Shown: one piece after another, positions 38,092-53,000 of the stretch | Layout: each line of letters begins with the position of its first letter | How positions within the stretch are numbered: position 1 is the stretch's first letter | DNA from: Eledone cirrhosa | Lineage: Eukaryota | NCBI GenBank assembly: GCA_964016885.1 | Contig: OZ024740.1 | Location: 249,426,001 to 249,490,000 of the forward strand | Reading direction: 5' to 3' | DNA: 64,000 nt | Translations under genes and position numbers: made by a program | The notes under the pieces: generated by a model | What the model was told of the DNA's origin: nothing | The model's database searches: none | The model's input: the letters and a program-made list of their open reading frames with translations, nothing else

Positions 38092-41000
38092 CTGTATAAA
38101 AAAAAAAAAGAAATAATAATAATAATATCCAGCATAGATATAAAGCCATAAATTCAGGGATGGGAGAGAGTTACTTGATTAAATCAACCCCAGTACTTGA
38201 CTCACACTTTATTTCTTTATTTTATCAACCCTGGTAGAATGAAAAGCAAAGTTGACCTAAGTGGTATTTAAACAAATACTGTAAAGCATTTTGTCTGACA
38301 CTTTAACAATTCTAGCAATCCATTGCCTTTACAACAATAGCAATAAATATAATACCAGCCTTCAATTTTTTTTTCTGTGAAAGTTAACTTTAGCAGGATA
38401 AGAACCCAAAACCCAGAGGTGAAACTAAATATTGTAATGAATTGAATCTATCTCTCTATACTGCTTATACCACAAATACTGTTAATGATAATTGTTTCTA
38501 CTGTTGGCACAAGGCCAGCAATTACCCAGTACATTACTGGTACTTTATTTTATCGACCCCATAAGGATGAAAGGCAAAGTTAACCTCGGCAGGATTTGAA
38601 CTCATTAATACTGTTAATTGTAATGACTCCATTTTATGAAGTATAATGCTGATTTTAAAAAGGGAGTGGATACAACTTATATAATAGTTATGAATTAAAT
38701 TGATTCTAGAAAGTGGAAAAGTAAAAGTTCTGGAAAAATTTGAACAAATATACGACTTGTAAATAGATATCACATAATTTGTCAGTCTAACAATCCCAGT
38801 ATATCTTTTCTTACACAGGTACAAGGCAACAAATTTTGGGACCGTGACCTCTGGCGTCACACAGTAATACAGAAGACCCGACCCCCCATGGGTATAAGCC
38901 GAAGCTGAAGCATATAGACAATATGCCCCCACACCCCCCCACTGCAAAAAAGCACCCAGCCCACACTGTAAAGTGGATGTGTAGGCGCCACGGAAAAAAA
39001 GCACCCAGCACTCACTGTAAATGAGGTTGGTGTTAGGAAGGGCATCCAGCTATAGAAATCAAGCCAGAATCAGTTCCCATATGAGCAAGAGAAGGTCAGC
39101 CGACCGGACACTGCCCACAACAGGACAACCCGTCTAACCCATGCTAGCGTTGAAGAACGGACGTAAAACGGTGATGATGATGATGAACTCGATTAAATCA
39201 GCCCATCGACACTGGAAGAATGAAAGGCAAAGTTGACCTCAGCAATATTGAACTCAGAAGGTAAGGAGCCAAAACAAATGTTAGAAGACATTTTGTCCAA
39301 TGCTCTAATTACAGGGAAATGGAAGGTATGATGTTTATGCTCTGTCAAAGATTAATTTTAAAGTGAAACAGTTTCAATAGGTAACTATATTTGCCATGAA
39401 TATGCCCTAGCATGAGTATTTTTAATGGATTAATCAAAATCGGAAGGCCAGCACTCATGATCTTTGAAGAAATTGTAGAAAAAGAGAGGAGAGAGAAAAC
39501 CAAATAAAAAATGATTGCTGAAAAGCAGTGAGTTACCTGTCTAACTTTTCCCATCACAGCTATTGGGGTCTCATCAGTGGCTGCAGCAACTTTGTGCTCA
39601 ACTAAATAGAACATATATTCATCGTACAAAAGCCGTATGAGGTGGAAGGAACCAAAGCTGGCAGCACTCCGCAAAGTTAAATCTCGAATAACCATTGAAC
39701 TGTAAATAATAGAAACAGACACGCTGAAATGACTTTAATAAAAGAAAGTTTTTTAAATGCTTGAAACCTACAACAGCTCATATGGAGGTACTGATTTATT
39801 ACCAGAATAGTTGATATGATTCTGTGGGTTACAAGTTCAATTTTTTAGATGATAAAATCAATATATCATTGTTTTTATGTTTTGTTTTTTTAAATTCCAT
39901 GCTGGCTTGGGTTAGATGGGTCTATTTTGAGGCAGTATTCTACTGGTGGGTGTACTTCTTAACATTAATACTCATGTTTACAAACACACATATATGTGCT
40001 TGATTTCTATCTCCCAAATTTCACTTACAAGGTTAAGATGACTGTACTATGAATCAAGATGATTAATAAATTATATGGTTAATACTATAATAGGACAGTC
40101 AAATTTGACTCCTAGCCCCCAAACAAACAAAAAAAAAAAAGAAAAGAATTTTCAACGTTAACTAGTGTATGTACATCTAAAAAAATGTTGAGCATGCATG
40201 CCTTTCACTGATGTGGAAACCAGTGCTTTCCAAACATTCTGAGCAATATTTGTTCAGTGCTAAGTTACACTGACATTCCCTTGTTACTCTCACTATCAGC
40301 AATATAGTAAACCAGTGGCCAGCTCATCAGAAACCTGGAACCAATGATACTATGGCTCCCTAAACATAATGTAAAATAAATATATAAAAGTAAAATACAC
40401 TCCTGGAGCAGATAAAGTTAAAATAACTGTTTAGTGCAGTAATTTGGAGATGTAATGATAATGACTGAGAAAGACAACTGCAAGAATAATTGGTGATGTC
40501 AGTGAAATAGACTTGAACTTGTGAAAATCTAGAATAAGATGGTTAAAATAAACAACAAAATGATTGAGAAAATTATTTTAATGCATATCAATATAAACAA
40601 TTTATACTGAACTCCTGTTGCATTTTTTTTTTTTTTCTTTTTTTGCTGTTTACTCAGAGTGAAGAGCAGAGATCATGACCATTTATATTTTTCAGAGCCT
40701 CCAAAATTGATGGGAAGGGAGGATATTATTTTCAAACCAGAGGCCTAGCTCAAATGTTACAAAATATTGGACTCTGCTAAAGGCACTCAAGTGGTAGTGT
40801 GAAACAAAGTGATGCAATACAAACAGTCAAAGCAAATACTGCAATGCTTTAACAATTCTGCTAATCTACTGGTACTTTATTTTATCAGCTCTGAAAGGAT
40901 AAAAAACATAGTTGACCACGGGAGGATTTGAAATTATGGCACAGAGAACCAGAGTCAATATTGGAAAGCAATTTGGCCTATACTTAAGCAACTTGATAAA

Positions 41001-44000
41001 TTGAGAAGACTGGATGATGCAAGCATATGCATTATACACACACATAAACAGACATACACTGAGCAGATGATTAGAGGTTTATAGATAGACAAAAGTAAGA
41101 GATTACTTGGGTATTAACAGTGTTATGCTTAAATCTTATACTGTACTGCAGACTATATTTATACATTTTTAGCCAATATTTTCTTTAAATTCAATATATT
41201 CACGGACAGAAAAAGGGCAATCACCTGAACTAGCTTTTTGTGTTTGAATCATGAAATCCCAAATCCCAAACTGCACTGAAGCTAGTTCAGTTGACACTCC
41301 TTTTTCTGCTATGAAAATGTTGCATATAAAGATGAGGTGTTCATGTCTATACAAGTGTTTTTCTTCAACAACCTGACAATTTTGACAAGATCTGTACAGA
41401 AATTGTGGTGAAAGATTTTACTGATGTCAAGGGAGACCACTAGTAGTTTATAAAAAACGAACAAACAAAATTAATGTTAATCACAGGAAAGACAGGTCCT
41501 CCTTGACGGATTAGATCGATAGTTTATACTCAACCCCCAACATTTGCGGAAAACATGGATCTGGAGAGGGAACCAGTAGTTTGGTTTGAATACTTACAAC
41601 AGAATGTAAACAACTAAAGGCAGGTACTTTTTCCTAAAGTTTAATCAGATGAGGAGGAAGGCATTCTCACTTAAGAAAACTGGCATGAAGACTTGCAACA
41701 GACGGGACTCAAGTGGTGTTAAATCAGGCGATAGATTAAATCTGCCACCCTCAAAATGCCAGATGCTTTAACAAGTCTGTCAATTCACTAGACTGAACTG
41801 GTACTTTATTTTATCAAAGCCAAAAGATATGAAAGCTGACACCTCAGTAGGTTTTGAATCCAAAGAATTGGAACAAATACTACAAGGCAGCTTGTGGTTG
41901 CCCAGTTCATAGTGAAGACATGCAGAAATAAAGAGACCCACATGCATATTATCACACATCATAGATTTCTGCACAGTTTCTGTCTACCTCATTCCACTTA
42001 CAACACATTGATTAGCCCACGGTTATAGTCTGAGACACTTGCCAAAGGTGCCTCACTGTGGGGCTTAACCCAAAACCAGGTGGCTGCAAAACATTTTCTT
42101 TAATCACACAGCCATGTCTGCAAATAAAATATGTTTAGTCCATGTACCTATAGAACGACCATTTCAATAAAAACTGTCTTGCAGCTTTTGGAAAATTAGC
42201 ACTGCCTTCATGTGGCTTTAGGATCTGGTTGACAACTCCTTCAAGCCATACAGCCCACTGCTCTAGGGAATTCTGTGACTGGAGAGTTTTCTTGAAGTCC
42301 TGTTCCAGCTGATGGACCATAGCATCTTCACACTGACACACCCATGAAGCTTGCTCCTACAAGTAAACAAATTGAAACTTATTTCAGAAGAAATGAATGA
42401 ATACAACCCAGTTTAAGCTGGTTAAAAAAAAAAGTGGATGTAAACATAATATTAATTTTAAAAAATATTCATACTTTCTAACACCAGATATAATAGAAAA
42501 CCAAATTTAAAAGAAATAGACAAAAAATAAATATCAAATGTGATGTGAAGAATCAAAAACAAAAACACATATATATGTAACAAGCTTCATACAGTTTCCA
42601 TTTAAAAATTTTCCTCACATGAGACCATAGTGGAAGACGCATGCTTACTAATTAGTGGGATAGAATCTGAAGCCCTGTGGTTGCAAAGCCATGCCTGTTC
42701 CTATAACATGCAAAACAGAAATATGTAACCTTTTTGAAACATCCCACATTTACCTATTCATATTTAAATCAAAATACCACAGTAATCATATATAGTTTAA
42801 CTTGTTAGAGTATCAAATTGAATGCCTTGTGCTATTTATTCTGGCTATCTGCACTCCAAGTTCAAATGCTGAGATCAACTTCAAGTTTAGGCTCACAGCA
42901 GGCCACTTTTGGTGAGTGTCTTCTACTGAGCTGAACTATGTGCTTGTGAGTGAAATTTGGATGAAAGAGATTACGCAGAAGCCAGTTGTATGAACAAGTA
43001 TGTGTGTGTATGCACACACACATTCTTCATAACTGGCAATCACTTAAAAACAACACTGTATTTATGTCACATAACTTAGCAGTTTGGCAAAATGAGATCA
43101 ATAAAATAAGTACTAATCTTAAAACAGCTTACCTGAACATTAGCAAAATCTACTCGATTTAAATCTGTTAACATCTGGTTAATCTGTGATGTGTTTTGAA
43201 GTACAGCACGTGCTGCTTGTGCAAGATGATTTAATGACGTATATCGACGCAGTGTCTGTGCAAATGCACTTACTGCACCAACCTGCAAGATAATATTAAG
43301 TAAATTAAAATAGACTCAAAACAGTTTTGGTTTGTTTGTTGAAATTTGTAACATAAGAAAAAAGAGAAATTAATTTTATGGTTGGCGTTACAAAGGGCAC
43401 CAAGTTGTAAAAACCCTGGCCAAATTTACAGTCCCATCAGAGCAAGGTACAACCTGGTCAATCCTGACCAGACTTGTCTCTCTGACCCATGCAAGCATAG
43501 AAAAATGGACATTAAATGGGTGATGATGATGATGAATACTGCTAGCAAAAAACTTATAATTATGGAGTACTATCTCAACCACAAAATTTATGTGTTAACA
43601 AAGAATTTGATCCTTTTTCTTGAGGAAGTTCTCAATAGTGTTGCCTTTCCTTTTTTCCCCATTCATTACAGCTTTATCACAATTTATATTAACTCCAGCA
43701 TGAAAAAATTAGATCCAATCAAAAAAGATTATCAATACAAATTTGTAGGATTTTATTTTATAATCATGCTTAATTGTCAATTCTTTTCAGATGCTTTGTA
43801 AAGAATTGCTAAACAGCACTTCTAAAAGATCCTACAGCTCATGATAGAGGTTTCCAAATTGTGTGTCACTGATAATCTCTAGGTTTGTCGTGAAATTATG
43901 TGAAGTCTGAATAATTTTTACATGCATGACTAATGACACTTGATATGATATTTAATTGTTTATTTATTAATTTTGCTGTTGTTGTCGACATCATCATCAA

Positions 44001-47000
44001 AACAGACCAGCTAATAATCAAGTAGAGCCTCTGACATCCAAGTGAGCCGGAGGCCTGTCATATGTACAAGTGCATTTAATCATAGCTCAAGCATTAAGGA
44101 AGTTTCATGTCTGGCATAGTGATTTCTTGACTCTTGGTTTGGCAAATTTTCTACAACTGGATGCCTTTCCTGTCACCAATCACTTTACAGAATATACTGG
44201 GTGGTTATTTATCATGTAGATTACAAAGACTAGAGAGGCTGTCGTGCCCCTGACATAACTAAAGAGTCCCGTCAATCCTTTTGGTGTGGTTTCTACAGTG
44301 GGGTGCGCTTTCTATCACCAGACCACTTTACAGGGAGTACTGGGTGTATTTATCATGGCGTTATTACTAGAAAGGATGTCACTGACTTAACTGAAGAGTC
44401 CTCTTTACCCTACAGACAGTGGTGGGTTCATTGGAGTGTACTAAGTGCAGAAGCATATGACAGGGTGAAGAGTGGTAGCTGGGAGGGAAGACCCCCACCC
44501 ATATGGGTAGTACTGGGGCGCATGACTAGTGTATTAGGGTTTAGGGGAATGGATCTAGAATAGAGTGGGAGGATGGGTAGGTGGGGATCCTGGATAGAGT
44601 GTGGGTGTTTGGATTTAGAAAGAGGGAAAGTGATCCTTGATAGAGTAGGGGTGGGGGGTGTAAAATAATGCTGAGAATAGCTGCTAAGGGATGATATTGG
44701 AGGTAGAGTATGTGCATGAGTCAAGTCAAGACAAGTCTTCCCCAGCACACAATGTCGCCTGACCTCGCAGCTCTTTGTTATCTCCTATTAACCTAACTTA
44801 ATTCATATATCATATTTTTAAAAAGTGTGTTGCCAACGTGTAAAGTTTTTTAAGTTTTTGTTTAGGGCCCCACCACCTATAAATTTGGTCCAGGATATAT
44901 GCAAACCTATGAAAATAATCATACCTTAGTTTTGACCATTTCATCTGGAACACCATGCATTGCACCTTTTAACCAGTTCTCTAAACTTTTAGCAAAATTT
45001 CGTATAGCCTGAGTTAAAGAGCCTGAAAAAAGTTTTGAAAACAAAATTGAGCTTTCAATGTCAAAGATAAATTTAATGTAGGTATAACTACAGTTTTAAA
45101 TTTATCAGCCTATTTGTGAAAATGTAAATATATTTTGTTTTTCTCTTCACACAAAATTATAGAGATTGCCTTTACATGTTTCACAGCTTATTTACTATTC
45201 ATCGGAAGACAAATATCCTTAGTCTTTTGCCTATGAAGAAAATTCTAATAATGTACATTTGTTGGCAATGTGATTATCCAGACAGTGTATTGGACAGTAT
45301 TTGAAGCAGTTAGTACACATTAAGATACATATGGTAATTAGTAGGCAGAGTAAAGAGTAGTTTTATCAGTACTTACTGGGTATTGGTCGAAGCACATCAG
45401 GTATTAGAACTTCAACAAGAGCTTGATAAAATGCGTAATCAGATCTTTGGACATACTTCTGCAAAGGTTCATATTTACACATAGTGTACAGTTTATCTTT
45501 GGGAAGCCTCTTCTCATAATTATTATCAGTGCTGTATAATGAAAACAGAAAATTTGATAAACAAATTCAATCATCACTGTTCACTTTGATTTCCAAACCA
45601 AATAAAAGACTCAGTAGAAAGATGTCCTTAAACTAGAGACCTGGCTCAAATGCTTGTAACAGAGTAGACACCAGTAAAGGCACCAAAACTCAAATCATGG
45701 TTTAAACTGGGTGAGAGAGTAGGCTATGGCAGGATTTGAACTAACAAAGCAAAGAGCAGGAACAAATATCATATGGCATGCTGTTCAAAATAATTCTGCC
45801 TGTCCACCATACTTGACAGGTACTCTATTTCTTTACTCTGGAAAGACAAAAGCTTAAGTTGATTATAGCCGGACAAAGAGCTGGAATAAGCTGCAACACT
45901 TTTCAACCAATACTCTAGTTTCTCCCCACTGCCTCCAGTTCAAGACAGACAACAACACTTTTATCACCTTTCCATCAAGCCCAAGCAAGCCAGACAACAT
46001 CATTTCCACCCAAGCCAAGTTGGACAATAACACCTTTTTTACCATACCACCCTTTCACTCAGCCCAAGCTGGACAACAACACCATTTCTACGTGTCCGTC
46101 CAACACCTTTTCTTCTCTCAGTTTAAAGGCAAAGCCTGACACATCAGACTCTACACCTCTCACAGCCAATTAACTTTATTTACTGTGAACATTTCCTTAA
46201 AGAAACCAGGAGTGAAATTTGGTAAACAGAAATTGTGCAGGAGCTAGTTTTATACATATAATTGTATGTGTGTTTGTTTGTGTCTTGTAACTTAGCAGTT
46301 CGACAAAGAGACCAATAAAATAAGTACCAGACTTTTCCCCAGCATGGCTGCAGTTCAATGACTGAAACCTGTATAAAATAAAAGTATATATATATATATA
46401 TATATACATACATCAAACCCTTACCAGCAGGGAAAGCGGATGTTAAACAAATATATTTATATGTCTATATATTAAAAACGTGTCTATTTATATACACATT
46501 GTTGCAGTCTCGGTTACCCACCCTGTATGTAATTTTATTGTACACTGCAGTAACTTATATATATATATATTATATGTTAGGGTGTTCTGAAAATAATTGC
46601 GTTTTTCCAGAAAGGATATAAAAACGACTATAAACTACGTTCATCTGAATAAATTAAATCAAGAATTTAATTACCATCGTTTTCAATGCAGCCCAACGTC
46701 CGGCAACTTTTTAATGCTACGTTCAAAGTCTGAAAGTCTGTATTCAAACCCCTCTCTGATCAGAACATAGAAATCCATAGGTGCTAAGTTAGGTGAGTAT
46801 GGAGGATTTTGAAAAACTTCCCATCCTAATGATCTTATCATTTCTTGGGTTTATTTTACAGCGTGTGGACATGCATCATCATGTTGGAGAATAACACTTT
46901 TTCTGTTTACCAAAGCAGGCCACTGTAAACGTAATTTTTCATTTACAACATCAAGTTGTTGGCAATAGACATTGATGGTTCTCCACCAAACACAGCAAGG

Positions 47001-50000
47001 ATTTTTGTGGTTTTGGTGTTGGTACTGGCCTCTCATTACGTGATAACCATTGTTTTTTTTATCACCTGTAACATTGCACTGCAGAAATGATAGGTGATTA
47101 TTCCTGGCTAGAAGACTGCATACAGATACACTTCACAAATGTTTTTCATTGCTTCTGTAACAGTACTGTTTTTTCGAAACTCATACGAGGGGGGATCAAA
47201 AAGTTCGCGGAATTTTATCGTAGCAAGAAAAAAATCAGGTTAAAACAATATTAAACATGTCAGAACATTGTCACTGGGTGTTTACCTTGCTATTACTCAC
47301 TTGCAGTCAGTTATGCGCGGACTATTGTACAGTACTGACACTCTTTAAAAAACCTCTTTTTGGAACAATGGAAAATAGTTATTTTGAGATAAGATCGAAT
47401 ATCAAGTTTCTGGTGAAACTCAAATGGAAAGGGACACAGATTATGGAGGCTTTAGTTAAAGTTTACGGTACTACTACTCCAAAGAAAACTGCTGTCTATA
47501 AGTGGATTCAGCGATTCAAACAAGGGAGAGATGACCTTGAAGACGACCATCGCGGTGGAAGACCAGGAACATCAAAAAATGACCAAAACGTTGAGGCTGC
47601 TCAGACTTTAATTGAAGAAGATCGAAGAATAACAGTTAATCACTTAGCTAAGTCCCTAGACATTTCATATGGTTCGGCAAATTCAATTCTGCATGATAAT
47701 TTGAGACTAAGCAAGCTTTCAGCGCGATGGGTCCCAAAAGCGTTGCGCCCTGATCAGCTGATTCTTCGAAGTGATCTGTCTTTGGCGATATTAAACAAAA
47801 TTGAAGTTGATGAAGAGCATTTCCTGACCAGAATCATCACCGGAGATGAAACCTGGATCTACCAGTATGATCCTGAATCCAAACAGCAGTCAAAACAGTG
47901 GCTTCCACGTGGATCATCGGGGCCAATCAAGTTCAAATCTCAAAAGTCGGATCAAAAAGTGATGGCCACCATTTTCTGGGATTCAGATGGGGTGATACTA
48001 ATAGATTATCTTGAAGGTCAAAGAACTGTGACAGGAGCTTACTATGCAAATGTTTTAAGGAAGCTGAAAGAGGCATTAGTCAAGAAACGAAAAGGGAAAC
48101 TTCATGGTGGGATCTTGTTTCACCATGACAATGCACGGCGCATTCTGCGCGGGTTGCAAAAGAAGTTCTTCGAGAATTTCAATGGGAAGTGCTTCCTCAC
48201 CCACCTTATAATCCAGATTTAGCCCCATCAGACTTTTTCCTCTTTCCAAAACTCAAAGAAATGCTAAAAGGAACCCGTTTTAGTGGTGTTGAAGAAGCTA
48301 AAAACACTGCAAACACATGGCTTCGAACAAGGCCTTCAACTTTCTTTAGAGACGGCTTACGAAGCTGGAAGCATCGCCTTGTGAAGTGTATTGACCTGGA
48401 TGGCAACTATGTAGAAAAATAAATTGAAGGTAAATCATATTTTTTGAAAAATAGATTATTTTCTGAAAAATTCCGCGAACTTTTTGATCCCCCCTGATAC
48501 AGTAAGCAATGGTGAATATGTTGTTTCTTAAAGTTCTTATCCTCCATGGGGTTAATTACCGAAATAACTATGAATGACACACTGCCAGATAGAAAAGATG
48601 ATATACTGAACTATTCCATTTGAACTTGTCTCTGATGACATGATTGGTTGATTCATATTTCATAGTGGTGACAAAAGCGCAGTAACTTTCCGAAAACCCT
48701 AAAATATATATATAATATATACGTGGGAGATAACTCCAGTAATCGTATAAATTAGTCAACAATTGTATTTTCTATTCCTACCATTGTTACATCATTTACT
48801 GCGACACATTCTCATTTAAATTTCTTTTACTCTCTCTTGTTCTCTGATCTGCGTTTTCATAGTTTGCTGTTCTGGTAAAGCGCAATATGTAAACACACAG
48901 AGAAAAATATTTAATAACTAATAAAGTTGTATATGTAGTAAATAAATATATATATATATAAATTCATCCAGTTTTTTTTGCCACCCTATCTAGACTTATG
49001 TGTTTAAATTCATAAATTTTTCTTTGCCATCTAGAAACTTCGAGACTTTTCTTGCCTCAAAAATGAGGCTACCTCACTGCCCCTACTCTCTTACATTATA
49101 TCTCCCTGTTTATTTTTCTTGTATTCATTTGACAAATTATGAGGCGAACAAGTTGGTCTTTACCGTATTCTGTCTATAATGTCTGTATAAATTCATCAAA
49201 ATTTTTCTTTGCCTTCTATAGATTCCGAGACCTTTCTACTTTCGCCCTCATTCTACATATCCATTGCATTATATCTCCATGTTTATTTTTCTTGCACTCA
49301 GCCTATAATGTCCGTATAAATTCATCAAATCTTTCTTTGCCGCCACATCTAGACTTACTTATCTATCTCGACCCCCCCCCCCCCACACACCATCATAGAC
49401 TTATTGACCAATCAAACCACAACATACCTTCATCCATCACCCGCGCAACAAATGTTACTAGTAGTTATAGTTATCTTTTTAAAACCATTCTCCTCTTGAG
49501 AAATCTCTGTCTATTGTTGTCTATGGATGAGCTGAAGATGATGAACAACTTGGGATGAATATGAACCCACACGTTTCCAGGCGACTATGCGAATCCTTAA
49601 TTCAGATACAGAAAACATACACCCACCCCCTACTCCGTAAAAACCCACCCTCCCCTATTGACGTCAAACCCCCAAATTCCGAATAGGCACCATCAATGTG
49701 AGCATAATGAAAGGAAGAACAGGAGAAATTATAGAGATGTTAGAGCGAAAGGAAATTGACGTATGTTGTGTGTAAGAGACTAGATGGAAAGGAGGATCTG
49801 CTAGGTTCCTCGGTAAAAAACAGTGCTGCAAATTTTTCTGGGTGGGAAATGACAACAGTCTGGGTGGTGTAGGTATACTACGAGCTGACAAATGGGTAGA
49901 TAAGGTAATCTCAGTGAACAGGTTAAACGCGAGAATCATTAAACTCAGACTAGTCCTAAATAAAAAAATAGCTACAATTATATCCGCTTACGCACCCCAA

Positions 50001-53000
50001 TCTAGGCTGCCAGACAAACTTAAGGATAGGTTTTACGAGTCCCGAATGCACACTACCACTCTAACAAATGACAATGACTTTCTACTTGTTGCAGGGGACT
50101 TTAACAGACATGTTGGGAAACATAGTGATGGCTTCTACAGAGTCCATGGAAGCTAAGAAATGAAGAAATTTACAGGCTTCTAGAATTCTGTGACGCCAAT
50201 GACCTGTTGATATGTAACACAAACTTCAAAAAACCCAACAACCACCTGATCACCTATAGATCTGGGGAGCCTACTAGCCAGATAGATTTTATTTTTACCA
50301 GAGGATAAGATAGATGTATGGTTGTAAACACGAAAGCCTTCCTGGGCGAGGAATGTACCTCCCAACACAACCTAGTAGTCAGCAACTTCATTGTCAGAGC
50401 TAGACGAACTTTGAAACAAAAGGCAATCTGCAGAAGAAAGATCTGGAAGCTGAAAGATCCCTCAGCCAGTAACAAATTAAGAGATATTTTACTTGACGCC
50501 TATGATAGTAGAGAAGAACGCCTATGATAGTGTAGAAGAGCACTGGGAGTTCCTAAAAAATAACCTACTAAAAGCAGCAGACAAGATCTGTAGTTGGGGC
50601 AAGACTACAGGGAGAAGGAGCGACTTGGTGGTGGAACAATAAGGTAGACTAAGCAATTAAGGTCAAGAGACAGGCATGGACACAATGGAAGAATGAGGAG
50701 AGCAGAATACATTACATAGAGACCAGGAGGGAAACTAGACAACAAGTATACTTAGCTAGAAGAGAAGTGGAGAATAGAAAATTCAAGCATGTTTTGCAGC
50801 GTGAGGACCAGAAACAGGAGGTGTTCAAAATTGCGAGGCAGTGTGTTAGTGAAAATCGCGATGTCATCGGTGAGAAGTGTGTTCGGGATGATAAAGGTGC
50901 ACTTGCACTTACAGATGTTGAGAAGAAAGAAGCGTGGAAGAGCCATTATGAAAGATTACTGAATGAAGAGAATGCATGGGAGAAAGAGACCCTACCCCAA
51001 GCAGACCCCATTGAGGGCTCAGCAGTACAAGTCAGTAGCAGTATAGTTAATAGGGCAATTAAGGATATGAAAACTAGGAAAGCAGCCGGTCCATGAGGAA
51101 TAGTTGCTGAGATGTTGAAAGCATCTGGGATAGTAGGACACACCATAACCACGCGTATTGTAAACCAAGTGATACTAGATGGCGTCATACCATGAGTGGT
51201 GCAGCAGCATCATTGTCAATTGCTACAAGGGTAAATGGGATGCGCTAGATAGAGGTAACTATAGAGGTATGAAACTGATGGACCAGGTAATGAAAGTAAC
51301 AGAAAGAGTCATAGCACAGTTGATTAGGGACAGGGTAAATCTAGATAAGTTGCAATTTGGATTTGTGCCAGGCAAAAGCACCACTGATGCTCTGTTCCTT
51401 ATCAGACAGTTACAGAAAAAGTACCTAGCTAAAAGTAAGCCTCTCTAGCATTTGTTGATCTGGAGAAAGCTTTCGACAGGGTGCCCTGTGACATAATTTG
51501 GTGAGTTCTTAGAAAAGTAGGAGTAGATGAATGGCTTGTGAAGGCTGTACAAGCCATGTATAGAGGAGCACTCAGCAAAGGCAGGATTAACAATGACTAT
51601 AGCGAGGAATTTAATGTACAAGTTGGCATCCTCCAGGGCTCTGTCCTTAGCCCACTCCTGTTTATTATCGTTCAGTAGGCTATAACAGAGGAGTTTAAGA
51701 CTGGCAGACCATGGAAACTTCTGTACATGGATGATCTTACGCTCATAGCTGAATCCATGGTGGAACTAGAGAAGAAATTCCAAACATAGAAGCAGGGCCT
51801 AGAAAGAAGGGGTCTCTAAGTCAACCTGACAAAGACTAAGGTGCTCGTAAGTAAACAAGAAAACAGAACCCAGATCTAAGGAAAATGGCCTTGCTCAGTA
51901 TGGAGGAAAGGTGTAGGTAGAAACTCCATCCTCTGCTCCATATGCAAAATGTGGGTACACAAGAGATGTAGTGGGATCTCAGGAAGTTTAGCTAAAAATG
52001 TAGGCTTTACATGTAACAGCTGCACTGGAACAGTAAGCAGCAAACGGCTACAGGAAACAAGCACTACCAAATTCTGGGAGAGCTCTGTAGAAACAGTAGA
52101 CAGCTTCTACTACTGAATTAGCAACAGTGGTGGGTGTTCTGAAAGTACAGTAGCCAGAGTAAGAACGGGATGGACTAAGTTCAGGGAGCTAATACAACTG
52201 CTGGCTATAAAAGGCTTATCCTTCAGAATGAAAGGCAGATTGTATTATGCCTACGTACAGCTATGTTGCATGGTAGTGAGACTTGGGCACTGTGTGCAGA
52301 AGACTTGCGTGGATTGGAAAGAAATGAAGCCTGCATGATTCAATGGATGTATAATAGTAATATGTGAGAACGGTGAAGCATAAATGAACTGAGAGAGAAA
52401 CTAGGCATAAGAGGAACCAAATGTGTGCAGGAGAGGAGATTACGTTGGTATGGACATGTGATGCGTATGAAAGATGACAGCTGCATAAAAAAGTGCAGAG
52501 CGCTCAAAGTCGTTGGAAGCCTTGGAGTGGGGAGACCCAGGAAGACTTGGGATGAGGTGATAAAAGCCAACCGTGCCCAATTGCAGTAATATAGAAGACC
52601 CGACTTCTCACAGGCACAAAATGAAGCATATGTACAGTATGTCCCCCCCCCTCCCAGCACACACTGGATGTGAAAAAGACATGACAAAAAGCACCTAGCA
52701 CACACTATCAATGTGGTTGGTGTTAAAAAGGGCATCCAACCAGAAACACCCCTATATGTGCGAGACACAGTCACCCGACCCAACTTGCCTCTAAATGAGA
52801 CCCGTCTAACCCATGCTAACACAGGTTAGACGTTAATCGATGATGATGATGATATACACAGAGTCCGAACACAATGGAACCAAACACCCACTAGCTCCAT
52901 CTCTCACCATTATAAGCAAATGGACGCCCAAGCAGTGGCTGGCCTGTGGACCCACCGGCTAGAATAGAGAAAGTATTTCCCCAGAGGATGGTGAGCGAGA

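Larger units (their letters stand above)
46577..48702 (-). mobile_element. Internally deleted mariner with Hsmar1-like TIRs, hosting a younger mariner
   Basis: TIRs TTAGGGTGTTCTGAAAATAATTGCG and CGCAGTAACTTTCCGAAAACCCTAA; [30 protein letters not shown]. Confidence 0.85.

Noticed and set aside
47257-47367. N-terminal extension of the transposase (SETMAR-like fusion)
   Set aside because: The upstream ATG lies inside the element's own 5' region, there is no host domain, and the element is antisense to RFX
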